DNA of 62,960 nucleotides, the filler included, from Octopus bimaculoides (lineage: Eukaryota): assembly GCF_001194135.2 (NCBI RefSeq). It is 5 parts of 4 records of this genome, joined end to end, with 100 filler letters (N's around TTAATTAATTAA, not from the genome) between each part and the next. Parts side by side here need not be neighbours in the genome. Positions count along the whole stretch, not along the records: positions 60,715 to 62,960 come from NC_068997.1; 4 more parts are not named here. The stretch is one strand, 5' to 3'. The notes beneath the pieces were generated by a model, which was given only the letters and a program-made list of their open reading frames with translations, searched no databases and was not told the origin of the DNA. Positions 62,931 through 62,960 of the stretch are shown here, one piece after another (within the stretch, counting starts at the first letter, position 1; each line of letters begins with the position of its first letter). The translations under genes and the position numbers were made by a program.

Positions 62931-62960
62931 GATATGATATTTTTAGTTTTTCAATTTACC

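Overview
Eukaryotic, AT-rich, microsatellite- and transposon-saturated animal DNA with many N gaps. The SINE families and the protocadherin point to a coleoid cephalopod, most likely Octopus (inference). One clear host gene is present: a + strand protocadherin whose signal peptide, 7 cadherin repeats, TM helix and proximal tail lie on one ~2.75-kb exon (acceptor 7963/7964, ATG 7992, phase-0 donor after 10718). An in-frame second coding exon starts at 11875 and runs into a gap; three further candidate micro-exons (17281, 19319, 27568) chain in frame. The rest is repeats: several tRNA-derived SINE families, a near full-length Buster-type hAT (8-bp TSD), a hAT MITE, a Chapaev3-like CMC element (TTA TSD), Tc1/mariner remnants, piggyBac-like and other MITEs, R4/Dong-like, RTE-like, CR1/L2-like and Penelope-like retroelement remnants, and a 5-copy ~130-bp tandem array. 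Four TTAATTAATTAA cassettes inside N runs are probably artificial joins, so continuity across them is not guaranteed. No rRNA, true tRNA or CRISPR array is supported. Repeat boundaries are approximate unless TIR/TSD are quoted; family names come from motif recognition, not database searches.
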